A DNA stretch of 64,000 nt from an uncultured Candidatus Saccharibacteria bacterium (GCA_964432765.1 CAYSOT010000002.1:38220-102219), one strand, 5' to 3'. Numbered from the stretch's first letter, positions 35,928 through 46,124 are shown. Program-made: numbers and translations. Notes: generated by a model from the letters alone, not told the origin.

Positions 35928-37256
35928 ATGCGGATTGCCCCCGAAACATTCAAAGCATACGACATCAGAGGAGTGGTTCCTGATCAAATCGACGCCGACG
36001 CAGCCGAACAGGTTGCGCGCGCTTTCGCTGCCCTAATAAAACCGCAAAAGGTGATTGTCGGTCGAGACGTACGCTTGAGTGGACCGGAATTCAGAGAGCG
36101 TGTTGTTCACGGACTCACGGCTTCAGGAGTCCACGTGATTGATATTGGGCGGGTTTCTACTGACGAGTTTTACTACGGATGTCTCGAGTACGACTTGCCG
36201 GGAATTATGATCACGGCCTCTCATAACCCTGCCTCCTACAACGGTTTTAAGATGGTTCGCGAGATGCCGACCTTTGTGATGGCAAAGGATTTTAAAGACT
36301 GGGTCGTAGATAAGACCTACGCTGATGCCGCGGAAGCAGGAACTGTTGAGGAACAATCGCTGACAGACGAATTCGTGAAGAAAATGATAGCCATGACTGA
36401 CGTTGCCTCGATCAAGCCTCTTCGCGTGGTTATCGACACATCAAACGGATCGCAAGGTCCGATCTGGGAAAAACTTTCCGCATTCTTACCCATCGACATA
36501 GTCCCCTTAAATTTTGAACCCGATGGTCGATTTCCAAACCATGGTAACGATATTATTCAGCCAGACAATCAGCGGCAAGTCTGTGAAAAAGTAGTTGAAG
36601 AAGAGGCCGACCTTGGACTGATCTTTGATCCAGACGGAGATCGCTGCATCGCGATCGACAATCGCGGGGTCGCTCTTCCGGGTGATTTTATGACCGCCCT
36701 ACTGGCTGTTGCCCAACTAGAAAAACATCCTCATTCCACGATCCTGTACGACACGCGTGCTTCGCAAGCGGTTCCAGACTTAGTGCGATCGGCGGGAGGT
36801 ACACCGTTTATGTGGAAACCTGGTCACGCCTACATCAAGGCAAAGATGAAAGAAATTGGCGCTGTTTTTGGAGGCGAGGTTTCGGGTCACTTCTACTTTA
36901 AAGCCTTCGGCCTGGCTGATTCTGGGATTTTGGCTGGTTTGAGCATGCTCGAGTATGTTAGCGCGCTTGATGGTTCTCTCGGTGAACAAATCGCCAAGCT
37001 TGAAAGCAAGTACCATCTCAGCGGAGAAATTAATTCCACCGTCGCCGATCCACAGGCGGTTCTTGCAGAGATTAAGAAGCGCTACCACGACGGAAAAATA
37101 GACGAGCTTTCCGGAGTGGCCGTAACGTACCCAGATTATCGCTTCGTGGTTCGACCTTCAGACAACGAGCCGCTTGTTAGGTTGACGCTTGAAGCATCCT
37201 CAAAAGAACTGATGCAGCAGAAACGCGATGAGCTGCTTGCGATAATTCGTGCTTAG
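35928..37256 (+). CDS. Phosphoglucomutase/phosphomannomutase family enzyme.
   Basis: The active-site phosphoserine loop TASHNPASYNGFK, the metal-binding DPDGDR, and a GEVSGH sugar-binding loop. Confidence 0.85.
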   Translation: MRIAPETFKAYDIRGVVPDQIDADAAEQVARAFAALIKPQKVIVGRDVRLSGPEFRERVVHGLTASGVHVIDIGRVSTDEFYYGCLEYDLPGIMITASHNPASYNGFKMVREMPTFVMAKDFKDWVVDKTYADAAEAGTVEEQSLTDEFVKKMIAMTDVASIKPLRVVIDTSNGSQGPIWEKLSAFLPIDIVPLNFEPDGRFPNHGNDIIQPDNQRQVCEKVVEEEADLGLIFDPDGDRCIAIDNRGVALPGDFMTALLAVAQLEKHPHSTILYDTRASQAVPDLVRSAGGTPFMWKPGHAYIKAKMKEIGAVFGGEVSGHFYFKAFGLADSGILAGLSMLEYVSALDGSLGEQIAKLESKYHLSGEINSTVADPQAVLAEIKKRYHDGKIDELSGVAVTYPDYRFVVRPSDNEPLVRLTLEASSKELMQQKRDELLAIIRA

Positions 37257-37297
37257 TCTTCTCGACTGAGGACTTTCGGCATATACTACACCTTTGT

Positions 37298-39148
37298 ATG
37301 GCAAAACCTACGACCGGTTCAGGGCTCGACTATGGCATCATCGGTAATTGCGAAACCGCAGCCTTAGTCTCAAAAGAAGGAAGCATTGATTGGTTCTGCT
37401 TTCCGCGGTTCGACTCGCCTTCAGCATTCGGGAAACTTCTCGATGAAAAAATCGGGGGATTCTTTAGTCTGCGCCCGGTAGGCAAAAAGTGGTGGTCAAA
37501 ACAGGAATACATCGAAGACACTAATATTTTGCGCACCACGTTCGTCTCCGACGAAGCCGAAGTGCAGGTAACGGATTTTATGCCAATCTTTTCCGAGCCG
37601 TACCGCACAAGACCGCTACAGCGAATTTGCCGAACCGTTGAAGTTATTCGTGGCAAAGCCGACGTAGAGATGATTCTGATGCCAGCGTTTGACTATGCCC
37701 GCATCAAGCCAAAGTTTGAGTTTCGCAATGGAATCTGGCTTGCACGGGGAGAAGGCCAAACTTTTATACTTTCAGCGAGCGCGCCACTGGTTGACGCCTA
37801 CGAGGAAAAGCAGCAGCGCTTAGAAAAAGTATTCGACCTCAAAGAAGGTGAGCGCGTCGATATAGTCCTTGGCTACCGCAAGAATTTATTCGATGTTTCT
37901 CAGTTTGATGGTGTTGTCGATAATACCGAGCTGTACCAGAAGACGCTTCATTTCTGGAGACAGTGGCTCTGGAAGCTTGAGTACAACGGACCTCACCTCG
38001 ATGTTGTGAAGCGCTCGGCTCTTGCCCTGAAACTTCTTACCTATGCGCCAACTGGTGCCGTAGTGGCCGCTGCCACCACGAGTATTCCGGAAATGCCTGG
38101 TACGCCCAGAACGTGGGACTATCGCTACTGTTGGCTGCGCGATGCTTCATTTACGGTTGATGCACTTTTCCACGTTGGCCTGTATTCTGAAGCGCTCGCC
38201 TTCATGCACTGGGTACGCGAAACGATCACGGAGGCCGGTCCAGAAATTCAGATTATGTACAAAGTCGACGGCGCTGAGGAGATGACTGAGACTGAACTCG
38301 ACCACCTCGCGGGCTACCGTGATTCCAAACCGGTACGTATTGGTAACCGAGCGGCCAATCAGTTACAGCTTGATGCCTTTGGCGAGGTTATCGACGTGGC
38401 TGCAGTCGTGTTTGAGGAAAAGCACTACCTTAGCCCGGATATGTGGAACGTTATTTCAAATCTCGTCGAAGTGATATGTAAGTTCTGGCGCGAACCGGAC
38501 AATGGTATTTGGGAACTTCACGATGATAAATTCAAACTTAATTACACTTCATCAAAGGTCATGGCCTGGGTAGCTGTCGACCGTGGAGTACGGCTCGGCA
38601 GGCGCATGAAAGAAACTGATCGTGCTGATCGCTGGGAAAAGGTTCGTGACGAAATCAAAGATGACATTCTTACGCATGGCTGGAACGAGGAAAAGCAGAC
38701 TTTCACAATTGCCTACGAGCGTACCGAGCTCGACGCGGCCATTTTACATATGCCGCTGTTTGGCTTTATGGACGCCAAAGACCCAAAGATGATCGCTACT
38801 ACGAAGCGAATAATCGAGGAGCTCTCACGTGGCGACTTTATTCGTCGGTACAACATGGAAGATGACCAAGGTGAAACGGAAGCCACTATGCTTATCGTCA
38901 ATCTTTGGCTTGCGCAGGTTCTCGCGTTACAGGGCGAATATGATGATGCAAAACGACGCTTTGAGAATATCCTCGAACATGGAAATCATCTAAACCTCTT
39001 TTCAGAAAATCTAGACCCAAAATCGGGCGAGCTGACCGGCAACTTCCCTCAAGCCTACACTCATATCGCCATCATCAATACTGCTCTTCTACTAGAAGAG
39101 CTCAATCCCAAAAAGAAGAAGCCGAGCGTTTCGAAGAAAGCGCGCTAG
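37298..39148 (+). CDS. Glycoside hydrolase family 15 (glucoamylase / glucodextranase / trehalase-like).
   Basis: N-terminal YGIIGNCETAALVSKEGSIDWFCFPRFDSPSAF and central TTSIPEMPGTPRTWDYRYCWLRDASF are classical GH15 blocks. Length is 616 aa. Confidence 0.8.
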   Translation: MAKPTTGSGLDYGIIGNCETAALVSKEGSIDWFCFPRFDSPSAFGKLLDEKIGGFFSLRPVGKKWWSKQEYIEDTNILRTTFVSDEAEVQVTDFMPIFSEPYRTRPLQRICRTVEVIRGKADVEMILMPAFDYARIKPKFEFRNGIWLARGEGQTFILSASAPLVDAYEEKQQRLEKVFDLKEGERVDIVLGYRKNLFDVSQFDGVVDNTELYQKTLHFWRQWLWKLEYNGPHLDVVKRSALALKLLTYAPTGAVVAAATTSIPEMPGTPRTWDYRYCWLRDASFTVDALFHVGLYSEALAFMHWVRETITEAGPEIQIMYKVDGAEEMTETELDHLAGYRDSKPVRIGNRAANQLQLDAFGEVIDVAAVVFEEKHYLSPDMWNVISNLVEVICKFWREPDNGIWELHDDKFKLNYTSSKVMAWVAVDRGVRLGRRMKETDRADRWEKVRDEIKDDILTHGWNEEKQTFTIAYERTELDAAILHMPLFGFMDAKDPKMIATTKRIIEELSRGDFIRRYNMEDDQGETEATMLIVNLWLAQVLALQGEYDDAKRRFENILEHGNHLNLFSENLDPKSGELTGNFPQAYTHIAIINTALLLEELNPKKKKPSVSKKAR

Positions 39149-40134
39149 GCAAGGCCCATCTTCTGTTTCACAGATAGAAGAGTTTGTGTTGCCTGGGCTT
39201 CTGCTCTCTCTGCACCTGTCTTGAGAATCTGGTTCACTTCATCTGGGGCAGAAATTAGTCCTGTGATCCGCTCTCTAATAGGAGTGAGCGCTTCGATTAC
39301 CACATCAGCTAGAGCCTTCTTAAAATCACCATAACCCCTGGAGGCGTATTCTTCTGCGACATCTGCCGGAGTGCGGTCCTGCAGAAGAGCATAGATTGTC
39401 AGTAGATTCTTTATTGCTGGCTTCTCGTCTGAAAGCTCAATGGTTTCACCGGAGTCGGTTACGGCCTTGCGAATCTTTTTTGAAATTTCGTCGTTTGAAT
39501 CTGTTAAAGAAATAAAATTGTATTCGGACGCTGCGCTTTTTGACATCTTCTTGGTGGGGTCATCGAGCCCCATGATCCGCGCTCCCTCTTCTGCAATGAG
39601 TGGTTGTGGCACTATAAACGTCTCCCCGAAGCGGTTATTGAAACGCTCCGCTAAATCTCGCGTCAGCTCGACGTGTTGCTTTTGATCTGCCCCGACAGGA
39701 ACCACATCCGGCTGATACAGCACAATATCGGCGGCCATTAACGATGGATAGGTGAAAAGTCCGACCCCGACTGACTCTTCCTTGGCAGTGCCGCTCTTAT
39801 CTTTAAACTGTGTCATTCGACGAAGTTCGCCCATCGTCGTAAGCGTTGTCAGAATCCAGCCAAGTTCTGCATGTGCCGCTACATCAGACTGCCTGAAAAG
39901 GGTTGCCCTTTGCGGGTCGAGGCCACAGCCGAGATATGTCGCAGCAACACTGATGATATTCTTTCGTAGATTTTCGGGGGCTTGGGGGACTGTAATTGAA
40001 TGCAGGTCCGCAAGAAAATAGTAGGCATCATATTTGTCTTGAAGGTCTACAAATCTCCGAAGCGCTCCGAGATAATTCCCAAGATGGAGCGTGCCGGATG
40101 TTTGAATTCCTGAAAGGGCTCTCTGTTTGCTCAT
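39145..40134 (-). CDS. trpS: Tryptophanyl-tRNA synthetase.
   Basis: SGIQTSGTLHLGNYLGAL (HIGH region) and KMSKSAASE. The ORF track extends to 40176. The start at MSKQRALSGIQ (40134) is preferred. Confidence 0.9.
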   Translation of the reverse strand: MSKQRALSGIQTSGTLHLGNYLGALRRFVDLQDKYDAYYFLADLHSITVPQAPENLRKNIISVAATYLGCGLDPQRATLFRQSDVAAHAELGWILTTLTTMGELRRMTQFKDKSGTAKEESVGVGLFTYPSLMAADIVLYQPDVVPVGADQKQHVELTRDLAERFNNRFGETFIVPQPLIAEEGARIMGLDDPTKKMSKSAASEYNFISLTDSNDEISKKIRKAVTDSGETIELSDEKPAIKNLLTIYALLQDRTPADVAEEYASRGYGDFKKALADVVIEALTPIRERITGLISAPDEVNQILKTGAERAEAQATQTLLSVKQKMGLA

Positions 40135-40156
40135 ACCTACAGTGTAAAGTGGAAAC

Positions 40157-41077
40157 GTGCAGGAAACCACGAGCAAAAACGATCGCTGGGCTGTAGTGGC
40201 AACACTTGCCTGGTTTGGCGTGCTTAAACGACCGCTTACTGTTGACGAGGTGTCGGAGTGCGCATTCGGGACAGCGATTTCTACAGACCAAGCTCAGAAA
40301 GAACTTACCGCACTCAATAAGCTTGCGAGAAACAAAAATGGATACTGGTCTCTGGCCGACCAAGAGGTCCGCTATGTCACCCCTCAGTCACGCGAACACT
40401 ACGAAAAAAAGTGGCACGTGGCGCTCCGAACAGCGCGAATATTACGACATCTGCCGTTCATTCGGATGGTTGCCGTCGCAAATACCGTAGCAGATGGAAG
40501 CGCTCGTAAAGACAGTGATATCGACGTTTTTATCGTTATTAAAGATGGCAGGCTTTTCCTGACACGCCTAATGATTACCGCCCTGCTGCACATTCTTCGC
40601 CTGAGACGGCACGGCAAATTTGTAGCGAATCGTATTTGTTTGTCGTTTTTTGTTACTGACGCGGCTCTAAATCTCAAATCGCTGGCAATAACTCCTTTTG
40701 ATATTTATCTGCTCTACTGGATCGCTGAACTTAGACCCGTTCTTGATAACGGAACATTCGAAAAATTTCGTCAATCGAACGAATGGGCTCTCCGGCGCTT
40801 TCCAGGACTGAAGCAGCAATACTCGCCTTGTAGGCCCTCTAGACTTTCTGGTTTTATGGAGTTTTTGCTTCGAGGAGCACTGGGCGAGCTCATCGAGAGA
40901 CCACTGCAACGCTGGCAGCTGCAACGAATCAAAAGTCGTCCGAAGAATCCAAATCCCGATGTAAAAATCGTAGCCTCTCCCAGGGTGCTTAAGTTTCACG
41001 AAAAAGATCGCCGAAGAATGTATCGCGAAGCATGGCGTGCGGAGATGCGTAAGCACAACCTAACGGATACCGTATAG
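40157..41077 (+). CDS. Nucleotidyltransferase-fold protein (Pol-beta superfamily-like GS...DxD motif), otherwise uncharacterised.
   Basis: IRMVAVANTVADGSARKDSDIDVFIV at residues ~95-120 resembles the GS-x(n)-DxD NTase motif of minimal or aminoglycoside-type nucleotidyltransferases. A 90-aa N-terminal extension precedes it. Only 22 nt of divergent space to trpS, so the start is uncertain. Confidence 0.5.
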   Translation: MQETTSKNDRWAVVATLAWFGVLKRPLTVDEVSECAFGTAISTDQAQKELTALNKLARNKNGYWSLADQEVRYVTPQSREHYEKKWHVALRTARILRHLPFIRMVAVANTVADGSARKDSDIDVFIVIKDGRLFLTRLMITALLHILRLRRHGKFVANRICLSFFVTDAALNLKSLAITPFDIYLLYWIAELRPVLDNGTFEKFRQSNEWALRRFPGLKQQYSPCRPSRLSGFMEFLLRGALGELIERPLQRWQLQRIKSRPKNPNPDVKIVASPRVLKFHEKDRRRMYREAWRAEMRKHNLTDTV

Positions 41078-41093
41078 ACATCTATATAGCTGC

Positions 41094-41780
41094 TTGCTAT
41101 TATTGGTCGTGTCTTTGCAATCTTTCTTGATTGACTGGTTCTTTCCCGCGAAATGTTTGGGTTGTGCGACTCCGCACACATGGTGGTGCCAACAATGTCA
41201 TACGAGGACCATTTGGTTTACGGCCTCTCGGTGCCAAGTCTGTCAGCGTCTGCAAGAATCTACGCGGTGCTGTTTGGCTTGTCGCAGAAAAACTGGGCTT
41301 AACGGGGTGGTCTCGGTTGGTCGGTATTCAAAAGCCCTACGGCAAGCTGTTACTTCACTCAAATTCCGTTCGTCCTATGCGGGCTGGGATTCTCTTTCCG
41401 TTGAGTGTATCGGTGCAATCCAAAAAATACCGTACACTACTGACTTAGTGCTTGTGCCGGTACCTCTTTCTGCAGAAAGAGTTCGCTTGCGCGGCTACAA
41501 CCAGGCAAAACATTTTGCCACGATGCTTTCAAGGTGGACTGGGTTGACGATGAATACCGGTCTAGAGCGAAGTCGCAACACACAGCCTCAGAGCAGCCTT
41601 GATCGAAGACACCGTCGAGAGAATGTTGTCGAGGCTTTTAGCTGGGACGGGGAGGTCCCAAAACAGGCGGTACTGGTCGACGATGTTGCAACAACCTTCA
41701 GCACTCTGAGCGAGTGCGCTGCTACACTTCGCCGCGCGGGGTGCTTGCACGTATGGGCAATAACGCTGGCGCGCGCCTAA
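41094..41780 (+). CDS. comFC: Competence protein ComFC (double zinc ribbon plus phosphoribosyltransferase fold).
   Basis: N-terminal CxxC...CxxC...CxxC...CxxC zinc ribbons (CLGCATPHTWWCQQC, CQVCQRL...CLAC). C-terminal PRTase loop VLVDDVATTFSTL. Confidence 0.75.
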   Translation: MLLLVVSLQSFLIDWFFPAKCLGCATPHTWWCQQCHTRTIWFTASRCQVCQRLQESTRCCLACRRKTGLNGVVSVGRYSKALRQAVTSLKFRSSYAGWDSLSVECIGAIQKIPYTTDLVLVPVPLSAERVRLRGYNQAKHFATMLSRWTGLTMNTGLERSRNTQPQSSLDRRHRRENVVEAFSWDGEVPKQAVLVDDVATTFSTLSECAATLRRAGCLHVWAITLARA

Positions 41781-43510
41781 TTAAAGCTTCGAGATATTGG
41801 GAATTTAGATTGCGGCAGATATGTCGAGCTAAAAATAGTGTCGATAGGCTCAGCACCACCGGTAACTACGTAGCGAAACGAGGCTGTGCCTCCGTCTTGC
41901 TCGGTCGCGTTGATTGAAACGATTTGTGTACTTGCCTGCCTGCCATCGTTCGTTCCATAGAAGTCGAAGGTTAAACTTTGTCCTACTTCGGCGGTTTGTA
42001 CCAGAATGTATTTTCCAGTGTTGTTGCGGAATTTCATGTCGGGACTTGGAGGATAAATTGTTGCATCCATACCAATTGGGGCATAGTAATGTACTGCGTA
42101 GGCGTGGTTCGTTCGTTCGGCGATCGGCAAGCCCGCGCTCATCGCAGCACGGAACATCGTAGTGGAAACCTGGCAAAGCCCCCCACCGTATTCGGGTACG
42201 GTTTTGTTCTCCTTAATCACAAGCTCTGGCAAGTAGCCGGTTTCCGGTCCAACATCACCGAGGACCTTGTTGAAGGAAAAAGTTTCGCCAGGTTTTATGA
42301 GAATTCCATTAAACTGCTTTGCGCCGACGCCGATGTTGTATGTTCGATTTACGGGACTTCCTCCAAAGTATGTCGTTGCCGTACCAATACGCGTGGTAAT
42401 TCCTAGTTGTGGCAACGTTTCTTGACGGATGTCTGCTTCCTTGCGCACAACCGGAAGTGTCACGGACCGCTCTGTCGACACAAAGCCTTTCCCCATTGCA
42501 CTAACGGCTCCTTTCCTGTCGATGACTGTCCCGTCTACGGCTGCGCCAGTAACGGCAAGCTGGTTGTTTTCGAAGCTCAAACGAGCATTTGTCGGGGGCT
42601 TGTCATACTCTGGTGCAATCTCCGCAACGTATGCGCCAAGTGCGATTTCATTCGGCACTGCATGCAGCGTGCGCACTCCGTCAGCAATTATCGGGGCTTC
42701 AGCTTGTCCAACTCCAAATAATTGATCAATGGTTCCGATAAGATCTTGGTCAACACTTTTTGGTAACTGGCCTGTGTCATGGCGCACGAATGTAACCCAT
42801 GAAGCTTTTTCGTCTGTTGATGGTTCCCGTCTGGCTTCGGCTATATTGATTACAAGAGGAAGGTTTGTTAGTTGCGCCGCGTAGCTTTTAGCCGAGCTTA
42901 GTGTCCTGGCTTGAATATCGGGTAGTTGCGGGCGAATGATGAGCGTACCGCTGGGTTTTAGGTCCTGTAACGCAAGCCTCAGCAACAACAGTGACGCAGG
43001 TGCATCTACCACTGTTCCACTTGCCTCCTGGGTAATGGTGAAGTCGGAACCGCTTCGCACAACGCTGGCATTTCTTGCCGGCTTGCTGAGTTGCTTTGTC
43101 TGCGCAGTAAGCCTGTCTACCGCCACGGCGTTGTTATAAATAACGACCGGCCTAACCGAGGTGGTGTGGAACGGAGAGATTAGAGACTGCCACAGCGCCT
43201 CGAGCGGTGAGCTCTTCCCCTGCCTAGTGGCAACAGCTGCGGTTTGCTGCACATCATATGAGAGACCAATATCCGATGCTTTCAGGGTAAAGTCTTTGCC
43301 TTCGTGCGTAAGGCTAACCTCCTGTATCGCGGCCGTCTTTGCAGTAAGGCGACTGACTATGTCGGCTTTCTTTTGCCCGCTGACGTCCATCCCCGCAACG
43401 CTAGTTCCCGGTAGCGCCCGGCCGTCATACAAGAACCAGACAGCAATGCAAAGTGCCATGACAGTACCGGCCACTACCGCGCATATCTGAAAGGCGCGGC
43501 GCGATGTCAT
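41777..43510 (-). CDS. VanW-family protein with an N-terminal membrane anchor.
   Basis: VanW domain signature PEYGGGLCQVSTTMFRAAM. The ORF track extends 46 aa upstream to 43648. The Met at MTSRRAF (43510) overlaps the stop of the upstream small gene as ATGA and precedes the TM helix. Confidence 0.8.
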   Translation of the reverse strand: MTSRRAFQICAVVAGTVMALCIAVWFLYDGRALPGTSVAGMDVSGQKKADIVSRLTAKTAAIQEVSLTHEGKDFTLKASDIGLSYDVQQTAAVATRQGKSSPLEALWQSLISPFHTTSVRPVVIYNNAVAVDRLTAQTKQLSKPARNASVVRSGSDFTITQEASGTVVDAPASLLLLRLALQDLKPSGTLIIRPQLPDIQARTLSSAKSYAAQLTNLPLVINIAEARREPSTDEKASWVTFVRHDTGQLPKSVDQDLIGTIDQLFGVGQAEAPIIADGVRTLHAVPNEIALGAYVAEIAPEYDKPPTNARLSFENNQLAVTGAAVDGTVIDRKGAVSAMGKGFVSTERSVTLPVVRKEADIRQETLPQLGITTRIGTATTYFGGSPVNRTYNIGVGAKQFNGILIKPGETFSFNKVLGDVGPETGYLPELVIKENKTVPEYGGGLCQVSTTMFRAAMSAGLPIAERTNHAYAVHYYAPIGMDATIYPPSPDMKFRNNTGKYILVQTAEVGQSLTFDFYGTNDGRQASTQIVSINATEQDGGTASFRYVVTGGAEPIDTIFSSTYLPQSKFPISRSFN

Positions 43511-43731
43511 GGGCGGCTCCCGAGAATCTCCGCCAAGATCGCTCGGGCCTGTAGGTGCCTCTCCTCGTTTTCGTCTTCCGTTGTCATCATTTTGAGAGCC
43601 ACGTCGTCGCCAACCCGAACACCATTTGGCACGGCTGAAGCAGGCCATGACATTTCATGACCTTGCACTGAAACAGTAACCCCTTCGTCGTTGATAGTTA
43701 AAATCCTGCCGTGAACTATTGTGTCACCCAT
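43507..43731 (-). CDS. DUF3006-like small protein of 74 aa.
   Basis: MGDTIVHGRILTINDEGVTVSVQGHEMSWPASAVPNGVRVGDDVAL follows the DUF3006 pattern (..fEgd.avve.edg.......LP.ga.eGDvL). Translationally coupled (ATGA) to the VanW gene. Confidence 0.5.
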   Translation of the reverse strand: MGDTIVHGRILTINDEGVTVSVQGHEMSWPASAVPNGVRVGDDVALKMMTTEDENEERHLQARAILAEILGSRP

Positions 43732-43782
43732 AGTGTATAAGGTTGATAACGTACAAGTATAGCCATCTAACCATTATTTGGG

Positions 43783-44904
43783 CTAGCGCTTGTGCCTAAG
43801 CGCTCGTTCATACACCACCAGCATCTTCTTCGCGGTCATCTGCCAGCTAAATTGTTTGACCCTTTCTGCGCCCTTCTCTATGAGCTGCTTACGGAGCCCC
43901 TTATCGACCAGGAGTGACTCTATGCCATTCACCATGTCTTCAGTTGAGCGAGGATTAAAATAGACAGCCGCATCACCCAGAATTTCTGGCATTGGTTCTG
44001 CACTTGAAGAAGCTACAGGAACACCTGCCGCAGTCGCCTCAAGCGGCGTAAAGCCGAAGCCCTCTGCCAGAGAGGGAAATGCGAACACTTCCGCGGCGTT
44101 GTAGTAATTCAACAGTTCATCATCTTCAACAAAATCCGTAAGAATCACGTTTTTTTCGAGTCCGAGATCGGAAATGGTTTGCGGAATTATGGGGAATGCG
44201 GGGTCGACCTTCCCCACCAAAACAAGTTTTAGGTCATGGTGGCGGCGTATTTGCTCAAATGCTTTCAGCAAACGAACCAGGTTCTTGTGCTGTCTCCATT
44301 GGCCTGCGTACATGATATATTTACTGCCATCGGTTTTCTGCTGACGAAATGCCTCTTTTTCAGCATTAGACATGTGCACCGCACTGAAGCGCTGATCTAT
44401 CCCGTTATAAACAACCCGGATTTTCGTCGGATCTGGATGAAAGCCTTCGATAATCAACCGCTTTTGATACTCAGAAATCGTCACAACTTCAATTGCTCTA
44501 CGAAACGCTGAGCGCAACACTGTGCGCATCACCGGAACCTTGGCAGCGGCTGCCCAGCTTTTTCCAGCATGACGAAGCAGCGTCAAATCGTGGATAGTGA
44601 TGACAAATGGACCCTTGTACAAAATGGGGTGATTAAAATTTGTGAAATGCATTAGGTCGACGCGGGCCTTATCGACTTCTCGCTTGAATAACAGCTGTTC
44701 TCTAACTGTATAGTGTTTGGTTTTAGTTTCGATCAGTTCGAATTTATCGTTTTTCGGAAACTGCTTTACATCTTCGGGGTGTATAAATACAACGAAAGTG
44801 TGCTCGTTTTGAAGTTTTCCGAGCTCGCTGAGCAGCTCTTGTGTGTACCTTGCCAGCCCAGCCGATCCTAATCCATAAAAACGTGCGTCGATTCCGATTC
44901 TCAT
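43783..44904 (-). CDS. Glycosyltransferase family 4 (GT-B).
   Basis: C-terminal EGFGFTPLEATAAGVPV motif (E-x7-E region) and N-terminal MRIGIDAR, typical of GT4. Confidence 0.8.
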   Translation of the reverse strand: MRIGIDARFYGLGSAGLARYTQELLSELGKLQNEHTFVVFIHPEDVKQFPKNDKFELIETKTKHYTVREQLLFKREVDKARVDLMHFTNFNHPILYKGPFVITIHDLTLLRHAGKSWAAAAKVPVMRTVLRSAFRRAIEVVTISEYQKRLIIEGFHPDPTKIRVVYNGIDQRFSAVHMSNAEKEAFRQQKTDGSKYIMYAGQWRQHKNLVRLLKAFEQIRRHHDLKLVLVGKVDPAFPIIPQTISDLGLEKNVILTDFVEDDELLNYYNAAEVFAFPSLAEGFGFTPLEATAAGVPVASSSAEPMPEILGDAAVYFNPRSTEDMVNGIESLLVDKGLRKQLIEKGAERVKQFSWQMTAKKMLVVYERALRHKR

Positions 44905-46124
44905 ACTCGCCCTTTCTCGCGAATCATGCCGAGCAGAAGAATGGTTGCAAAAAGCAGTGCTAGGTCGTTCTTAAGTATCGGCGTGTCTACAAGACCGTGA
45001 ACAATAATGGCCGTCATTGCCGCGGCGGCGGCAGCAGGAAAATAAGAGCTCCGTAGCGAGCGCGCAAAAACCGCGAGCAAGAATAGGAATGCTGCCAACG
45101 TCAGAACACCCCACTCAACCCACAACACAAGAAAAATGTTGTGCGGGTTGGGTGCAAACGGCGCAACATACTGCATGAGGTAGTTGTCGTCCTTAACCCT
45201 TCTGGTTACCGCGGCCTGGAACCCGGACGGACCATCGGCAAACACTGGATTTTCTTTTATGCTCTGCTCGGCCTGTTGCCAGAGAACTTTCCGAGTGGCG
45301 TGGGGATCATCTCGACCGACAAGCAACACTGAGAAAACACCAACAATGGTGACAAGTAACACAATTAGCAAAACTCTCAACTTAGGAGCTAACGCCTTCC
45401 AGCTAACAACGATGCCGACTGCCCCGCCTGCAGCAAGCGCGATGAGCCCTCCTCGCGATTGAGATCCAGCAAGCAGTCCAACCGATACAACGCAGCCCGC
45501 TATTCGTGCGAGCAAGAATTCACGTTTCGGCCAAAAAGCGAGGACTAACAAGATTGGCACCAGCAATAGAGCCAAAAAGTTCGCCGACTGGAATGGTCCA
45601 GCTAGTCGGTTGTCGTAGGTAAAGGCCGTCCCGTTAAAGACCGTTACCAATACCCAGGTCGATGTTGTTGCGACTGCTCCGAGCAGCCCCACAACAATTG
45701 CTCGAGGCGAGTAGTTCTTAAATATCGCACTAGCCACAACCAAAAACAAAGCTGGCTCTAGAAAGAAAGCTCGCCACAACCCAAATGCTGTGCGAACATC
45801 ACTGCTCACCAAGACAGCCAGCAATGACATTGTGAGCCATAGGCCGATTGCAACCGCATATGCGCGAGAGATTGAGACCTTTAGAGGTGAAAACGAGGCT
45901 CCCACTAGAAACGCCCACAACAAAATCTCAAGAAGTGTTGTTGGAACACCAAGCGACCCCCGAACTTGGTAGAGAGGAAGAGACGCCAGCACCACAATCA
46001 CCCCATAGTGCGGTCGTTTATATGAAAGGACTGCCGTAGCCATAGCCAGAAGACCAGCAAAGAGCCATGCAAAATTCCCACTTATGCTGACTGTTTGCTC
46101 TACGCCTAGAACGTGCTCAACCAC
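44901..46124 (-). CDS. O-antigen ligase / Wzy_C family polytopic membrane protein, copy 1 of 3.
   Basis: About 10-12 TM helices and a central SQSRGGLIALAAGG loop characteristic of the Wzy_C (O-antigen ligase/polymerase/O-OTase) domain. Confidence 0.7.
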   Translation of the reverse strand: MVEHVLGVEQTVSISGNFAWLFAGLLAMATAVLSYKRPHYGVIVVLASLPLYQVRGSLGVPTTLLEILLWAFLVGASFSPLKVSISRAYAVAIGLWLTMSLLAVLVSSDVRTAFGLWRAFFLEPALFLVVASAIFKNYSPRAIVVGLLGAVATTSTWVLVTVFNGTAFTYDNRLAGPFQSANFLALLLVPILLVLAFWPKREFLLARIAGCVVSVGLLAGSQSRGGLIALAAGGAVGIVVSWKALAPKLRVLLIVLLVTIVGVFSVLLVGRDDPHATRKVLWQQAEQSIKENPVFADGPSGFQAAVTRRVKDDNYLMQYVAPFAPNPHNIFLVLWVEWGVLTLAAFLFLLAVFARSLRSSYFPAAAAAAMTAIIVHGLVDTPILKNDLALLFATILLLGMIREKGRV

